This document shows, one piece after another, positions 8,398 through 18,304 of a DNA stretch of 64,000 bases. The first letter of the stretch is position 1; each line of letters opens with the position of its first letter. A model generated the notes under the pieces. That model did not search any database and had not been told where the DNA came from. It saw nothing but the letters and a program-made list of their open reading frames with translations. A program made the position numbers and the translations under genes. Origin of the DNA: Bacillales bacterium (lineage in GTDB: Bacteria; Bacillota_I; Bacilli_A; RF39; UBA660); assembly GCA_016282375.1 (NCBI GenBank), contig JAEEKI010000019.1, forward strand, positions 79,186 through 143,185. The letters are read 5' to 3'.

Positions 8398-10806
8398 TTA
8401 TCGTACAACGATATTAACCAATTTATTAGCCACTACAATTGTTTTAACTATCTCTTTACCCTCGATAAACTTTTTAACATTGTCAAGATCTTTAGCAATC
8501 GTTTCTATTTCTTCTTGAGAAATACCAGTTTCAACCTCAATCTTTCCCCGTACTTTGCCATTAACTTGTACAACCAATGTAAACGTGTTGTCTACAATTT
8601 TGTTATCATCATGTTTAGGCCATGTAAAGTTAACAATTGGCGTATTTCCTATCATTTCATTTAATTCCTCAGTAATATGGGGAGCGATAGGATTTAATAA
8701 AGTAAGTAATAATGTATAATCTTTTTTCGTAATTGTTTGATGTTCTTGATATTTATTAGTTAGAATCATCAATGCCGATACAGCAGTATTATAAGCCATA
8801 TTATCTAAATCATTTGTAACTTTTTTAATTGTTTGATTTTGAATAATCTCTAGATCTTTAGAATAATTATCATCAGATGTCATGATATCTTTTAATTTAA
8901 TAACTTTATCAATAAATCTCTTACAACCTTTAAGAGAATCAGTACTCCATGGTGCATCTTGTTCATAATCACCCATAAACATTTCATATAAACGTAAAGT
9001 ATCTGCCCCAAATTCATTAACGATATCATCTGGGTTTACAACATTTCCCTTACTTTTACTCATTTTTTCATTATTTGAACCAAGAACCATTCCATGACTA
9101 ACTCTTGTCCAAATCATTTCTTTATGAGGTACTAATCCAATATTATATAAGAATTGTACCCAGAAACGAGCATATAATAAGTGTCTTGCAGTATGTTCCA
9201 TACCACCATTGTACCAATCAACATGTTGCCAATATTTCATGGCCTCCATCGAAGCGAACTCTTCTTGGTTACGAGCATCCATAAATCTTAAAAAATACCA
9301 GCTTGAACCAGCCCAGTTAGGCATTGTATCGGTTTCTCTTTTAGCATCCGCACCACACTTTGGACACTTACAATTCACAAATGATTCTATTTTAGCAAGT
9401 GGACTTTCACCGTTTTCTGTTGGTTCATATTCAGCTACATCCGGTAATAACAATGGTAAATCTTCTTCATTCATAGGAACCCATCCGCAATGAGGACAAT
9501 TAATCATTGGAATTGGTTCACCCCAGAAACGTTGACGAGAAAAAATCCAATCCCGCATTTTATAATTATTTACTCTCCGAGCTATACCAAGTTTTTCTAG
9601 TTTACTAGTGATGGCTTCCTTAGCTTCTTCAACAGTCATTCCCGTAAATTCTTCGGAGTTCATTAGTTTGATACCTTTGCCTAAATAATCATGTTTTTCC
9701 AACGCACAAGTTGAAACATCACCTTCGATAACTTGAACGATATCAAGATTGTGTTCCTTAGCATATTCAAAATCTCTTTGATCATGAGCTGGTACTGCCA
9801 TAACAGCACCCGTTCCATAATCTCCTAAAACAAAGTCTCCCAAGAAAATCGGAACTTCTTTACCATTAATCGGATTAATTGCTTTAATCCCCTTAACTTC
9901 AACGCCAGTCTTACCTTTATTAAGTTCAGTTCTATCCATCGCACTCTTTTTCGAAGATTCTTCAATGTATTTATTAACTTCGTCTTTATTCTCAATGCGA
10001 GGCATCAATTCTTGAACAAGTTTACCATCCGGAGCAATAACAAAGAACGTTATACCATAAACAGTTTCAATACAGGTTGTAAAAACAGAAAATTTACCAC
10101 CACCAACGATATCAACATCCATCTCAACACCTGAAGATTTACCAATCCAATTAATTTGACCAAGTTTAACACGATCTGCAAAATTCGTATCATCAAGACC
10201 TTTTAGTAAGTCTTCTGAATACTCACTCATTTTTAACATCCATTGGGATTTTTCTTTTTGAACTACCGGATTACCACATCTCTCACATACACCACCTGCT
10301 GCATCCTCATTAGATAAAACAGTCTTACACGTATCGCACCAATTAACGGGCATCGTTGCCTTATATGCCATTCCATGTTTATAGAATTTTAAAAATTGCC
10401 ATTGCGTCCATTTATAATAATCAGGATCCGTTGTTGAGAATTCACGATCCCAATCAAATGAGAAACCAAGAGACTCCATTTGACCTTTAAAAGTCTTGAT
10501 ATTAGCTTGAACTGCTTCTTTGGGATGAATATGATTTTTAATCGCATATTGTTCAGCCGGAGCTCCAAAAGCATCCCAACCCATTGGATACAAGACATTA
10601 TAACCTTGTAGTCTTTTCATTCGTGCCTTAGCATCTTGGGCTGTATAACTACGAACATGGCCTACATGAAGTCCTGCTCCCGAAGGGTATGGAAACTCTA
10701 CTAGAATATAGTATGGTGGCTTTTTACTACCATTTATTGCTTTAAAGCAATTATTCTCTTTCCAATATTTTTGCCATTTGATTTCAATTTCTTTTGTGTT
10801 CATCAT
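8398..10806 (-). CDS. leuS: leucine--tRNA ligase
   Basis: Motifs PYPSGAGLHVGHVRSY (HIGH) and EKMSKSKGN (KMSKS), a CP1 editing domain and ~800 aa length. I prefer the ATG at 10806, 7 nt after AAAGGA. Confidence 0.95.
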   Translation of the reverse strand: MMNTKEIEIKWQKYWKENNCFKAINGSKKPPYYILVEFPYPSGAGLHVGHVRSYTAQDAKARMKRLQGYNVLYPMGWDAFGAPAEQYAIKNHIHPKEAVQANIKTFKGQMESLGFSFDWDREFSTTDPDYYKWTQWQFLKFYKHGMAYKATMPVNWCDTCKTVLSNEDAAGGVCERCGNPVVQKEKSQWMLKMSEYSEDLLKGLDDTNFADRVKLGQINWIGKSSGVEMDVDIVGGGKFSVFTTCIETVYGITFFVIAPDGKLVQELMPRIENKDEVNKYIEESSKKSAMDRTELNKGKTGVEVKGIKAINPINGKEVPIFLGDFVLGDYGTGAVMAVPAHDQRDFEYAKEHNLDIVQVIEGDVSTCALEKHDYLGKGIKLMNSEEFTGMTVEEAKEAITSKLEKLGIARRVNNYKMRDWIFSRQRFWGEPIPMINCPHCGWVPMNEEDLPLLLPDVAEYEPTENGESPLAKIESFVNCKCPKCGADAKRETDTMPNWAGSSWYFLRFMDARNQEEFASMEAMKYWQHVDWYNGGMEHTARHLLYARFWVQFLYNIGLVPHKEMIWTRVSHGMVLGSNNEKMSKSKGNVVNPDDIVNEFGADTLRLYEMFMGDYEQDAPWSTDSLKGCKRFIDKVIKLKDIMTSDDNYSKDLEIIQNQTIKKVTNDLDNMAYNTAVSALMILTNKYQEHQTITKKDYTLLLTLLNPIAPHITEELNEMIGNTPIVNFTWPKHDDNKIVDNTFTLVVQVNGKVRGKIEVETGISQEEIETIAKDLDNVKKFIEGKEIVKTIVVANKLVNIVVR

Positions 10807-11170
10807 TTTCAAATCCTTTCATAACTAAAATCTTACCTAAAATACCATATATACTATATATTAATCCTAAGAATAAAAATAAACCCAGGACAAATTTAAT
10901 AAAGATAGGTACCTTGATTACCATAACAATTACAAATACTATGTCTACAATAAAAGCATTAATAATCCCAAAAAGAAGCAAAAAACGACGATGCATTAAT
11001 AATTCTTTATTAATATTGGCGGTAATGCTTAAATATCTAATTTCCATAATATCACTGTGCTTTTTCTTTTTTTTATTCTTCTTGTTTAACTTAAATAAAT
11101 TATGATAATAGAAAAAACAAACCATAATCGCAAAACCAATTAGAGCAACATATATTGTTTCTTTGTCCAT
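10784..11170 (-). CDS. small polytopic membrane protein encoded between the Leu T-box and leuS
   Basis: ATG at 11170 lies 5 nt after GGGAGGAG. 128 aa with 3 hydrophobic segments and a KKNKKKKKH loop. Its TGA stop lies 23 nt inside leuS. Confidence 0.5.
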   Translation of the reverse strand: MDKETIYVALIGFAIMVCFFYYHNLFKLNKKNKKKKKHSDIMEIRYLSITANINKELLMHRRFLLLFGIINAFIVDIVFVIVMVIKVPIFIKFVLGLFLFLGLIYSIYGILGKILVMKGFENDEHKRN

Positions 11171-11182
11171 AACTCCTCCCAA

Positions 11183-11369
11183 TAAAAAAAGATGCTACCA
11201 AAGGGCGAGATAAACCCGCGGTACCACCTTTATTTTTGACTCATAAATTGATAAGGGAATCACCCCATTACATCCAAAAGTAAGTTCAAAAACATTATTA
11301 ATTAATTCTCACCAACCATTAACTCTCTAAATAATAATTGTTTTTTACTACTCTTTTTTCATCTGCTTA
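11183..11369 (-). promoter_or_regulatory. T-box riboswitch leader, Leu (CUU) specifier
   Basis: On the minus strand: -35 TTGTTT (11404-11399) and -10 TATAAT (11381-11376). Stem I has AGAGAG...GGTTGGTG. The specifier reads GAA-CUU-A (codon at 11284-11282). The T-box sequence GGTGGTACCGCG lies at 11228-11217, and a terminator plus T-run ends near 11185. Confidence 0.85.
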
Positions 11370-11410
11370 CGTATGATTATATAATAATTGATTAAGAAAA
11401 ACAATAAGTA

Positions 11411-13507
11411 TTAGTAATTTCTAGGGCAAGTAACAGTGGCTAATTTCCAATCTTCATCTAGATACTCACATTCACATGTATTACCTGAACAATTATCACA
11501 TGTTGCATAACTACATGCAGCCGGTACATCTGTTACAGAGTAATCAGGTGTTTGATAAGATGGATTAAACATATCATACAAGTCTTTATATAATGCCGAA
11601 TCATCTATTGCTTTGTCAATATTAGTTATTATTTTTTCTTTTTCTTCATCACTTAATTGGTCATATACTACCGCATTATTGATATCAATATTAGCAATTT
11701 CCACATTATACTCTGTTTTACTATCATATTTAACTTTGAAATAAATGTCTTCATATTTGGCTTCAAGACCAATATTCTTAGTAATAACTGTCTCACTTAC
11801 TTCATAGCCAATAGTCACTTTAACATTAACCTCTTGGATAATTGTTTCAATAGTATAATTGCTTTCAGTATTTTTGGTAACTGTTGCTGTATACTCTTCA
11901 TCACCCAATGACAATGTTACATCGTATTTTTTGCCATCAGTGGATATAGCTTTTAAACTATAATTATTACCTTTAAGAATAACAGTTTGATCGTCATAAA
12001 CTAAATCAATAACTGTCTCATTATCTCTAGATACCTTTAATCCTGCAAATTTGGTTGTAATTAAATCAGTATACAACTCAATCTTTGTTTCAAATGGCCT
12101 TGGTATATTATCAGTACATTCAACATCCTCTGAGCACTCAACATCAGAACCTATCGTATCCATATATGCAATAATAGTATCTTTATCAGTATCACTAATT
12201 GAACTTAAAACTTCAATTAGTTTTGTATCATTCTTCATGCCTTCAGCAAAAGCTTTTAAAATACTTTGATAATTCTTCTCATTTATAGTTAAAATACTAT
12301 CTGAAACAAATATACTTTTACCATTAATATCTATTTTGGTTTCTTTGGAACTATAATCAGCTTTCTCCAAAGCCTTAATCATATAAGTATTAATACTATT
12401 TATCATATATGAGATATCACTTGGTTTAGTTTGACTGAAAATCTCTGAAATATCAATTTGATCGCCAACGTCAGCAATCATAAGAAGTTTATCATATACT
12501 TTTGAAGAAGAAAGGTATAATTTATTATTTACCAAATAAGTAATAGCATTAAATACCTCACGATTATTCTCTGCCAATTTACCTTGCATTTCTAATTTCT
12601 CATTTTCAAAATCAACACCTATTTTATAATTTAAATCAAATGAATTAATACCCTTTAATTCTTCATAATTAGATTCAAAAGCCAAATCTCCACTTACCAT
12701 CATCGTTTTTTCAATAGGAGTTACCGTCGCCTTTAAAAAGTTTTCAACATTTTTTTGGTAAACATCAAAGAATTTATCATATTTCTTTTCAGGCTTTAAA
12801 ATATAAAACTTATAAAAAGCCAAACCTCCAGCGATAAGTAGAATAATGAATAGAAAGAAACCTAAAATTCCGCCACCCTTTTTACCTTTTTTCTTTTTCT
12901 TAGCAGCATTTATTTCATCAATAGCTGGTTCAATGGCTTGAACATTTAATGAGGGATCTAATTGTAATGGTGGTTGCGCTAAACTATCTGGTGCAGCCAT
13001 CCCCACACTAGGTTCAGAAGTTGGTGCCAATTGTTGAGCTTGAAACACTTCCGTATCGTTAGGAACTGCTTCGCTTGGTAAAGAACTTGACGGTTGCTCG
13101 ACTGGAGTTATGGGTTGATTAACTTCACTAGAAGCAATGGGTTCATTAGTTACTACAGGTTGTCCAGCAACACTAACCTCTGGCACTGGATTAGAAACAA
13201 CTTCTTGCACACCAGGCGCCTCAATAGGAGTTTCTAAACTTGGCACCGGCTCACTTACAACTGTACTATCTGTTACTGAACTTGCATCAATACTATCCAC
13301 ACCAGATGGTTGATTAGCACTAACATCCGTATTTTCAGCCGGACTTGGTTCTACTGTATCTGGCGTAGGAATGTCTGGAGTAACTGGTTCAATGCTTTCG
13401 ACGCTTCCTTCTGGAATAGGCATTGAAAATGGTCCATCGATAATTGGACTATCCATCGTTTCCGGTTGAGCTACACCCACGTTTCCATTATTCTTTTCAT
13501 TTTCCAT
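11411..13507 (-). CDS. large surface protein: Pro/Ser/Val-rich N-terminus, one TM helix, extracytoplasmic domain, Cys-rich C-terminal tail
   Basis: 698-aa ORF. A low-complexity region (PVPE, SSEV and similar) is followed by KKKKKGKKGGG and the TM segment ILGFFLFIILLIAGGLAFY. The C-terminus reads CSYATCDNCSGNTCECEYLDEDWKLATVTCPRNY. Confidence 0.65.
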   Translation of the reverse strand: MENEKNNGNVGVAQPETMDSPIIDGPFSMPIPEGSVESIEPVTPDIPTPDTVEPSPAENTDVSANQPSGVDSIDASSVTDSTVVSEPVPSLETPIEAPGVQEVVSNPVPEVSVAGQPVVTNEPIASSEVNQPITPVEQPSSSLPSEAVPNDTEVFQAQQLAPTSEPSVGMAAPDSLAQPPLQLDPSLNVQAIEPAIDEINAAKKKKKGKKGGGILGFFLFIILLIAGGLAFYKFYILKPEKKYDKFFDVYQKNVENFLKATVTPIEKTMMVSGDLAFESNYEELKGINSFDLNYKIGVDFENEKLEMQGKLAENNREVFNAITYLVNNKLYLSSSKVYDKLLMIADVGDQIDISEIFSQTKPSDISYMINSINTYMIKALEKADYSSKETKIDINGKSIFVSDSILTINEKNYQSILKAFAEGMKNDTKLIEVLSSISDTDKDTIIAYMDTIGSDVECSEDVECTDNIPRPFETKIELYTDLITTKFAGLKVSRDNETVIDLVYDDQTVILKGNNYSLKAISTDGKKYDVTLSLGDEEYTATVTKNTESNYTIETIIQEVNVKVTIGYEVSETVITKNIGLEAKYEDIYFKVKYDSKTEYNVEIANIDINNAVVYDQLSDEEKEKIITNIDKAIDDSALYKDLYDMFNPSYQTPDYSVTDVPAACSYATCDNCSGNTCECEYLDEDWKLATVTCPRNY

Positions 13508-13540
13508 ATATTATAACACCTCGTTTTTAATTAAAAAGTA

Positions 13541-15958
13541 CTATATCTCAGCTAAATAATCATATAGTTTCATAAACATTCTGATAAACTTTTGATCAAG
13601 ACCTTTTAACTTAAGTTTCTTAATAGCAATTCTTTTTTGCTTTATATCCATACTACCAAAAGCGATTTTAGCAATTTCTTCTTTTAAAGAAGTTGAAATC
13701 TTTAAATCGTTAATGATAGAGTTTATATCTTCATTAATAATTCTTCCAGCATCAATTTCAATATCTTTACCACTACAATTAACTGTAAGTTGTTTAGTAG
13801 TATCAACTGCTGGAACTAATACAACGAAATCATTTCCTTGAATATCACATTTGGCTGTTGAGGAAATGTCTTCATTATTAATAAAGACTTCCACTTTATC
13901 AGCTTGCTTTGTATTTCTAAAAATGATTCGATAATCTCTTGTATTAGGAATAATAGCCGTTTTTCCTTCTAATGGGTGAATAATTACTGTATAGTTGTTT
14001 TGCATGTAATTATAATCAATCGAAGTTAAAATATAATATCCTTGTTCATATAATCTAGTAATACCATCGTCTTCATATAAATTATATGTATTATTCTTAC
14101 CAGGAAAAATATGAATATCCAATCTTTCAGGATTATCACAATAATTATAATTGGTTGTAATATTAGCAAGAGGAATAATTCCCCCAGCTCGAACAAACAC
14201 AGGATAATCTTCATCTTTATAGAAGGTTACATATCGCTTGCCACCCATAAACTTTTTACCAGTTTTAAAATCATACCATACGCCATCAGGCAAAAACATT
14301 TTCTTAACAGAACGATTCATGACAGAATCTTGCGGAGCGGTAATCGGACAAACAAACAATTCACTGCCAAAATAGTATTCACTTTGTAAATTCAATTCAT
14401 CATAAGTTTCTGGATAACTATAATAAAGTGGTTGAATAAGAGGAATACCCTTACTAGCATACTTATATGCTTCCGTATATAAATATGGTAAGAATTTCAT
14501 TCTTAATTGTGTATAATACTTAACAATATTATAAGTTTTGTAATCCCAACGCCATGGTTCTCTTTTATAGTAAACACCCCGTTTAGCACTAAATCTAAAT
14601 ATTGGACTGAAGGTTGCAAATTGGACATAACGCATGTATAATTCTGCATCTTCAACGCCGTCTTTAAAACCACCTACATCATGACTCCACCAAGACAAAC
14701 CAATATTACTTGCATTAGCATTATAAAATGGTAAATACTTTAATGTATTCCATCCAACTTTAGTTTCACCAGAATATAAAATACCATTACGATGAGCAGC
14801 TACCAAAGTATTTCTTGATAATAAAAGTGGTCTTTTATATTCATTTTGTTTAAAGTCTTGAATATGATAATAATTTAATGCTCGAAGTGATGGAAGATCT
14901 TTTTTATAATCTACCCAAAAGAAATCAATATCCAAAGCTGTTAGTTTGTTAACAATTTGTTCAAAATAATTAATAATAAACATTTTATCAAAAGCATTAA
15001 ATGGAACCACATCAACATTTTTCAAACCCATTTCATCAATAAAACTTTGAAAACTTTCTTCTTCTTTACGTATTCCTTCCGTAGGATCAAGCTGAATTCC
15101 AACTCTAATCCCCCGTTCATGCATATAATCTACAAATTCTTTAGGTTCAGGAAATAATTTTTTATTGAAAGTATAACCTGATTTATATAAATTAACATTA
15201 TTGAAATCTTTTTCATGCCAAAACTCTCCTAATAATAAGATTGATAAAGGTATCTCATTATTTGAAAAAGTATTAACTAAATGCTTAGTATCATCAAAAG
15301 AATAAATCTTATCCCGATACCACCAAATTCCTAAGGCATATCTTGGTATTAATAATGGAAAACCTGTAAGAGTAAAATAATCCTTTAAGCATAAACCAAA
15401 GTCTCTTTTATACATGAAAACATAGATATCTTGATATTCATCAGATGGTTTAGTTAATAAACCTAAGTCATTAACAATTAATGGTTTCTTATCTTCGATA
15501 GATACAAACCCATCAGTAGAATATAATCCTTTTTCTAATTTAACACCCATACCTTTAAGATTGTCTAAACTTACAGCACTTCCTAAGAAATTACGAGCCT
15601 CAGGATGACCATAATACCATATCTTATCCGTATTTAATAACTTAATTTTTAAGTTTGTATCTGGTGCAAATGAAGGACCCTTAAATGGATAATCTTTAAT
15701 ATATTGTAATGAAAAATATGATGTTGTTATTACCAAATATTTTTCATCTTCTTCAACAGTAAACTTTGGTACATCAAAATCCCGATTCATAACCAAATCA
15801 GTTATACCATCGTTAAACACTCCTGTCTTAGAATATTCCAAACGAACAAGTCGTTCAGTTAAAACGGTTATACGATAAAAATTACCTACTTTTATTGCAG
15901 CAGGTTTACTTTTTCCACGATTAAGATCAATTTTAAAATGTTTACCAAAACTAGCCAT
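13541..15958 (-). CDS. glycoside hydrolase family 31 (alpha-glucosidase/alpha-xylosidase-like)
   Basis: ~805 aa. GH31-type segments DFFWVDY and WWSHDVGGF. No signal peptide. ATG follows GGGAAGGG. Confidence 0.8.
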   Translation of the reverse strand: MASFGKHFKIDLNRGKSKPAAIKVGNFYRITVLTERLVRLEYSKTGVFNDGITDLVMNRDFDVPKFTVEEDEKYLVITTSYFSLQYIKDYPFKGPSFAPDTNLKIKLLNTDKIWYYGHPEARNFLGSAVSLDNLKGMGVKLEKGLYSTDGFVSIEDKKPLIVNDLGLLTKPSDEYQDIYVFMYKRDFGLCLKDYFTLTGFPLLIPRYALGIWWYRDKIYSFDDTKHLVNTFSNNEIPLSILLLGEFWHEKDFNNVNLYKSGYTFNKKLFPEPKEFVDYMHERGIRVGIQLDPTEGIRKEEESFQSFIDEMGLKNVDVVPFNAFDKMFIINYFEQIVNKLTALDIDFFWVDYKKDLPSLRALNYYHIQDFKQNEYKRPLLLSRNTLVAAHRNGILYSGETKVGWNTLKYLPFYNANASNIGLSWWSHDVGGFKDGVEDAELYMRYVQFATFSPIFRFSAKRGVYYKREPWRWDYKTYNIVKYYTQLRMKFLPYLYTEAYKYASKGIPLIQPLYYSYPETYDELNLQSEYYFGSELFVCPITAPQDSVMNRSVKKMFLPDGVWYDFKTGKKFMGGKRYVTFYKDEDYPVFVRAGGIIPLANITTNYNYCDNPERLDIHIFPGKNNTYNLYEDDGITRLYEQGYYILTSIDYNYMQNNYTVIIHPLEGKTAIIPNTRDYRIIFRNTKQADKVEVFINNEDISSTAKCDIQGNDFVVLVPAVDTTKQLTVNCSGKDIEIDAGRIINEDINSIINDLKISTSLKEEIAKIAFGSMDIKQKRIAIKKLKLKGLDQKFIRMFMKLYDYLAEI

Positions 15959-15994
15959 TTGCACCCTTCCCTATTATTTTAATAATATCATATT

Positions 15995-16026
15995 ATGCAA
16001 ATAAAAAGCAAGGTTATCCTTGCTTA
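15995..16026 (-). terminator. rho-independent terminator of trpS
   Basis: Stem AAGCAAGG/CCTTGCTT (16007-16025) includes the trpS stop and is followed by TTTTTATTT on the minus strand. Confidence 0.7.
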
Positions 16027-17102
16027 TATTTATCATTAATTTCTAAATAAAATTGTTGATTAGAAAAATAATCAATTCCAATGGCTTTCTTAACATCTAT
16101 TAAAGTTTTATTTGCATCTTCGATAGCTTGTTGTGTACCCTTTTTAATAATGTCATAAACTTCATCTAAATGATTCTCATAATAGTGACGTCTTTCACGA
16201 ATAGGTTCAAGTTCTTCCTCCAAAACATTAATTAAAAACTTTTTGATGACTACATCACCAAGGCCACCAGCACGATATTTATTTTTTAATTCATCAAGAT
16301 TTTGATACTCTGGTAAATACTTTTTAAAATGTTCATCATTCGCAAAAATATCTAAGTATAAGAAAACAATATTTCCTTCGACTTTTCCTGGGTCACTAAC
16401 TTTGATATGATCAGGATCTGTATACATTAGCATGACTTTTCTAGCTACTTCTTCTTTGGTGTCTGCTAAATAAATAGCATTACCAAGTGACTTACTCATC
16501 TTAGACTTGCCATCAATACCCGGTACCCTTCTTTCGGCTTCTTTCTGAGGTAAATAAGCTTCACACTCTACTAAGACATCGCCATAAATAGAATTAAATT
16601 TACGAACAATTTCATTACATTGTTCCAACATTGGCAATTGATCATCACCAACAGGAATACAATTTGCTTTAAATGCCGTAATATCTGCAGTTTGAGATAT
16701 TGGATAATTTAAAAAACCACTTGGTACGGTATTATCAAATCCCCGCATGGAAATCTCACTTTTAACCGTAGGATTTCTAAGTAGTCTTGCGACTGTTACT
16801 AAATTCATATAATAAAATGTTAATTCAGTTAATGCTGATACTTCACTTTGAAGAAAAATAACTACCTTATTAGGATCAATACCCACGCTTAAATAATCCA
16901 ACACAACTTCGATAACATTATCACGAATCTTTTGGGGATTATCAAAATTATCAGTTAAAGCTTGAGCATCTGCCACCATAATATAGTATTTATCATATTG
17001 TTCTTCGTTTTGTAATTTAACTCGATTACGCAGTGAACCAACATAATGCCCAATATGTAATCTTCCTGTTGGACGATCACCTGTTAAGATTATTTTACCC
17101 AT
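16014..17102 (-). CDS. trpS: tryptophan--tRNA ligase
   Basis: Motifs TGDRPTGRLHIGHYVG (HIGH) and KMSKSLGN. Class I Trp-type size. Start MGKIIL follows GGAGGT. Confidence 0.88.
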   Translation of the reverse strand: MGKIILTGDRPTGRLHIGHYVGSLRNRVKLQNEEQYDKYYIMVADAQALTDNFDNPQKIRDNVIEVVLDYLSVGIDPNKVVIFLQSEVSALTELTFYYMNLVTVARLLRNPTVKSEISMRGFDNTVPSGFLNYPISQTADITAFKANCIPVGDDQLPMLEQCNEIVRKFNSIYGDVLVECEAYLPQKEAERRVPGIDGKSKMSKSLGNAIYLADTKEEVARKVMLMYTDPDHIKVSDPGKVEGNIVFLYLDIFANDEHFKKYLPEYQNLDELKNKYRAGGLGDVVIKKFLINVLEEELEPIRERRHYYENHLDEVYDIIKKGTQQAIEDANKTLIDVKKAIGIDYFSNQQFYLEINDKYKQG

Positions 17103-17169
17103 AGTTACCTCCATAAATACATTTTCTTTTTTTATTATATATTATTTTTAACAATAAAAAAAGGCGTAA

Positions 17170-18162
17170 TTATAACCATACGCCATAAGTAATTGCAATC
17201 ATTGCCAATATCAAACCCACTGTATAAAAAAGTTTAACAATATCCGTTTCTTCCCATTTAAGTTCTTCGAAATGATGATGAATTGGAGCTTTTAAGAACA
17301 CTTTCTTTTTAAAACGACGAATAGACACAATTTGGATGAAGCTTGATAGGATTTCAATAAGAAAAACACCACCAATAATTGCCAAAGAGAATTCATGTCT
17401 AGTTAAAATTGCTATCGTTGCTAAGGCTGCTCCCAAAGATAATGATCCTAAATCACCCATAAATACTTTTGCAGGATGAGCATTAAACATTAGAAAGCCA
17501 ATCAAGGCTCCAACTAAAATAAAGGAAAAAATAGCAATCTCTTGATAACCAGGTAGCCAACTACAATTCCAAGCAATAATACCATATGCTAAAAAAGCGA
17601 TTGTTGACAGCCCACCACATAAACCATCTAAGCCATCCGTAATATTGACTGCATTCGAGGTACCAACTAACAAAAGGAAAATAAAAATACCAAAACACCA
17701 GCCAAGATTAACCTCTAAATGTAAGAAACTTAGACGTAATACGGTAGAGCCTCCCCCTTTCATAAATAGGTAAAAGAAGATTAAAGCAATCCCCATCTGA
17801 CACATAAACTTAGTAACAATTGATAGTCCGTCGTTATTTTTAAATTTAATCTTTAGATAATCATCGACAAATCCTAAAAAGGCATATGCCAAAAATACCA
17901 ACAATAATACAAATAAGTTATAACTAAAAGTTATGCTACCTGAAAAATACAAATATGCTAACGATGTTATAACAGGAACAATAAAAATAATTCCCCCCAT
18001 CGTGGGAGTACCTTGTTTTTTTAAATGTCTTTTATTTAGTTCTTCATAAACTTGTTGACCAATATTAAAATGTCTTAACAATGGAATAGCAATCATTCCA
18101 CAGACAATGGCGCATACAAATCCTAACATGATAGCCATCATTGCTTTGGCTAAAATTAACAT
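17170..18162 (-). CDS. mraY: phospho-N-acetylmuramoyl-pentapeptide transferase
   Basis: Motifs KQGTPTMGG, NAVNITDGLDGL and HHHFE, with ~10 TM segments. Confidence 0.9.
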   Translation of the reverse strand: MLILAKAMMAIMLGFVCAIVCGMIAIPLLRHFNIGQQVYEELNKRHLKKQGTPTMGGIIFIVPVITSLAYLYFSGSITFSYNLFVLLLVFLAYAFLGFVDDYLKIKFKNNDGLSIVTKFMCQMGIALIFFYLFMKGGGSTVLRLSFLHLEVNLGWCFGIFIFLLLVGTSNAVNITDGLDGLCGGLSTIAFLAYGIIAWNCSWLPGYQEIAIFSFILVGALIGFLMFNAHPAKVFMGDLGSLSLGAALATIAILTRHEFSLAIIGGVFLIEILSSFIQIVSIRRFKKKVFLKAPIHHHFEELKWEETDIVKLFYTVGLILAMIAITYGVWL

Positions 18163-18304
18163 AAAAATCACCACTTACCTTTTTATTATAACCTAATTAT
18201 CAATAATATGGGCTATTTTTACCTTATTTGACACCTTTTTACCAATCTAAAAACATTGAAATTTATTTTCAATTACTATATAATCAATTTTGGAAGGAAG
18301 CATT

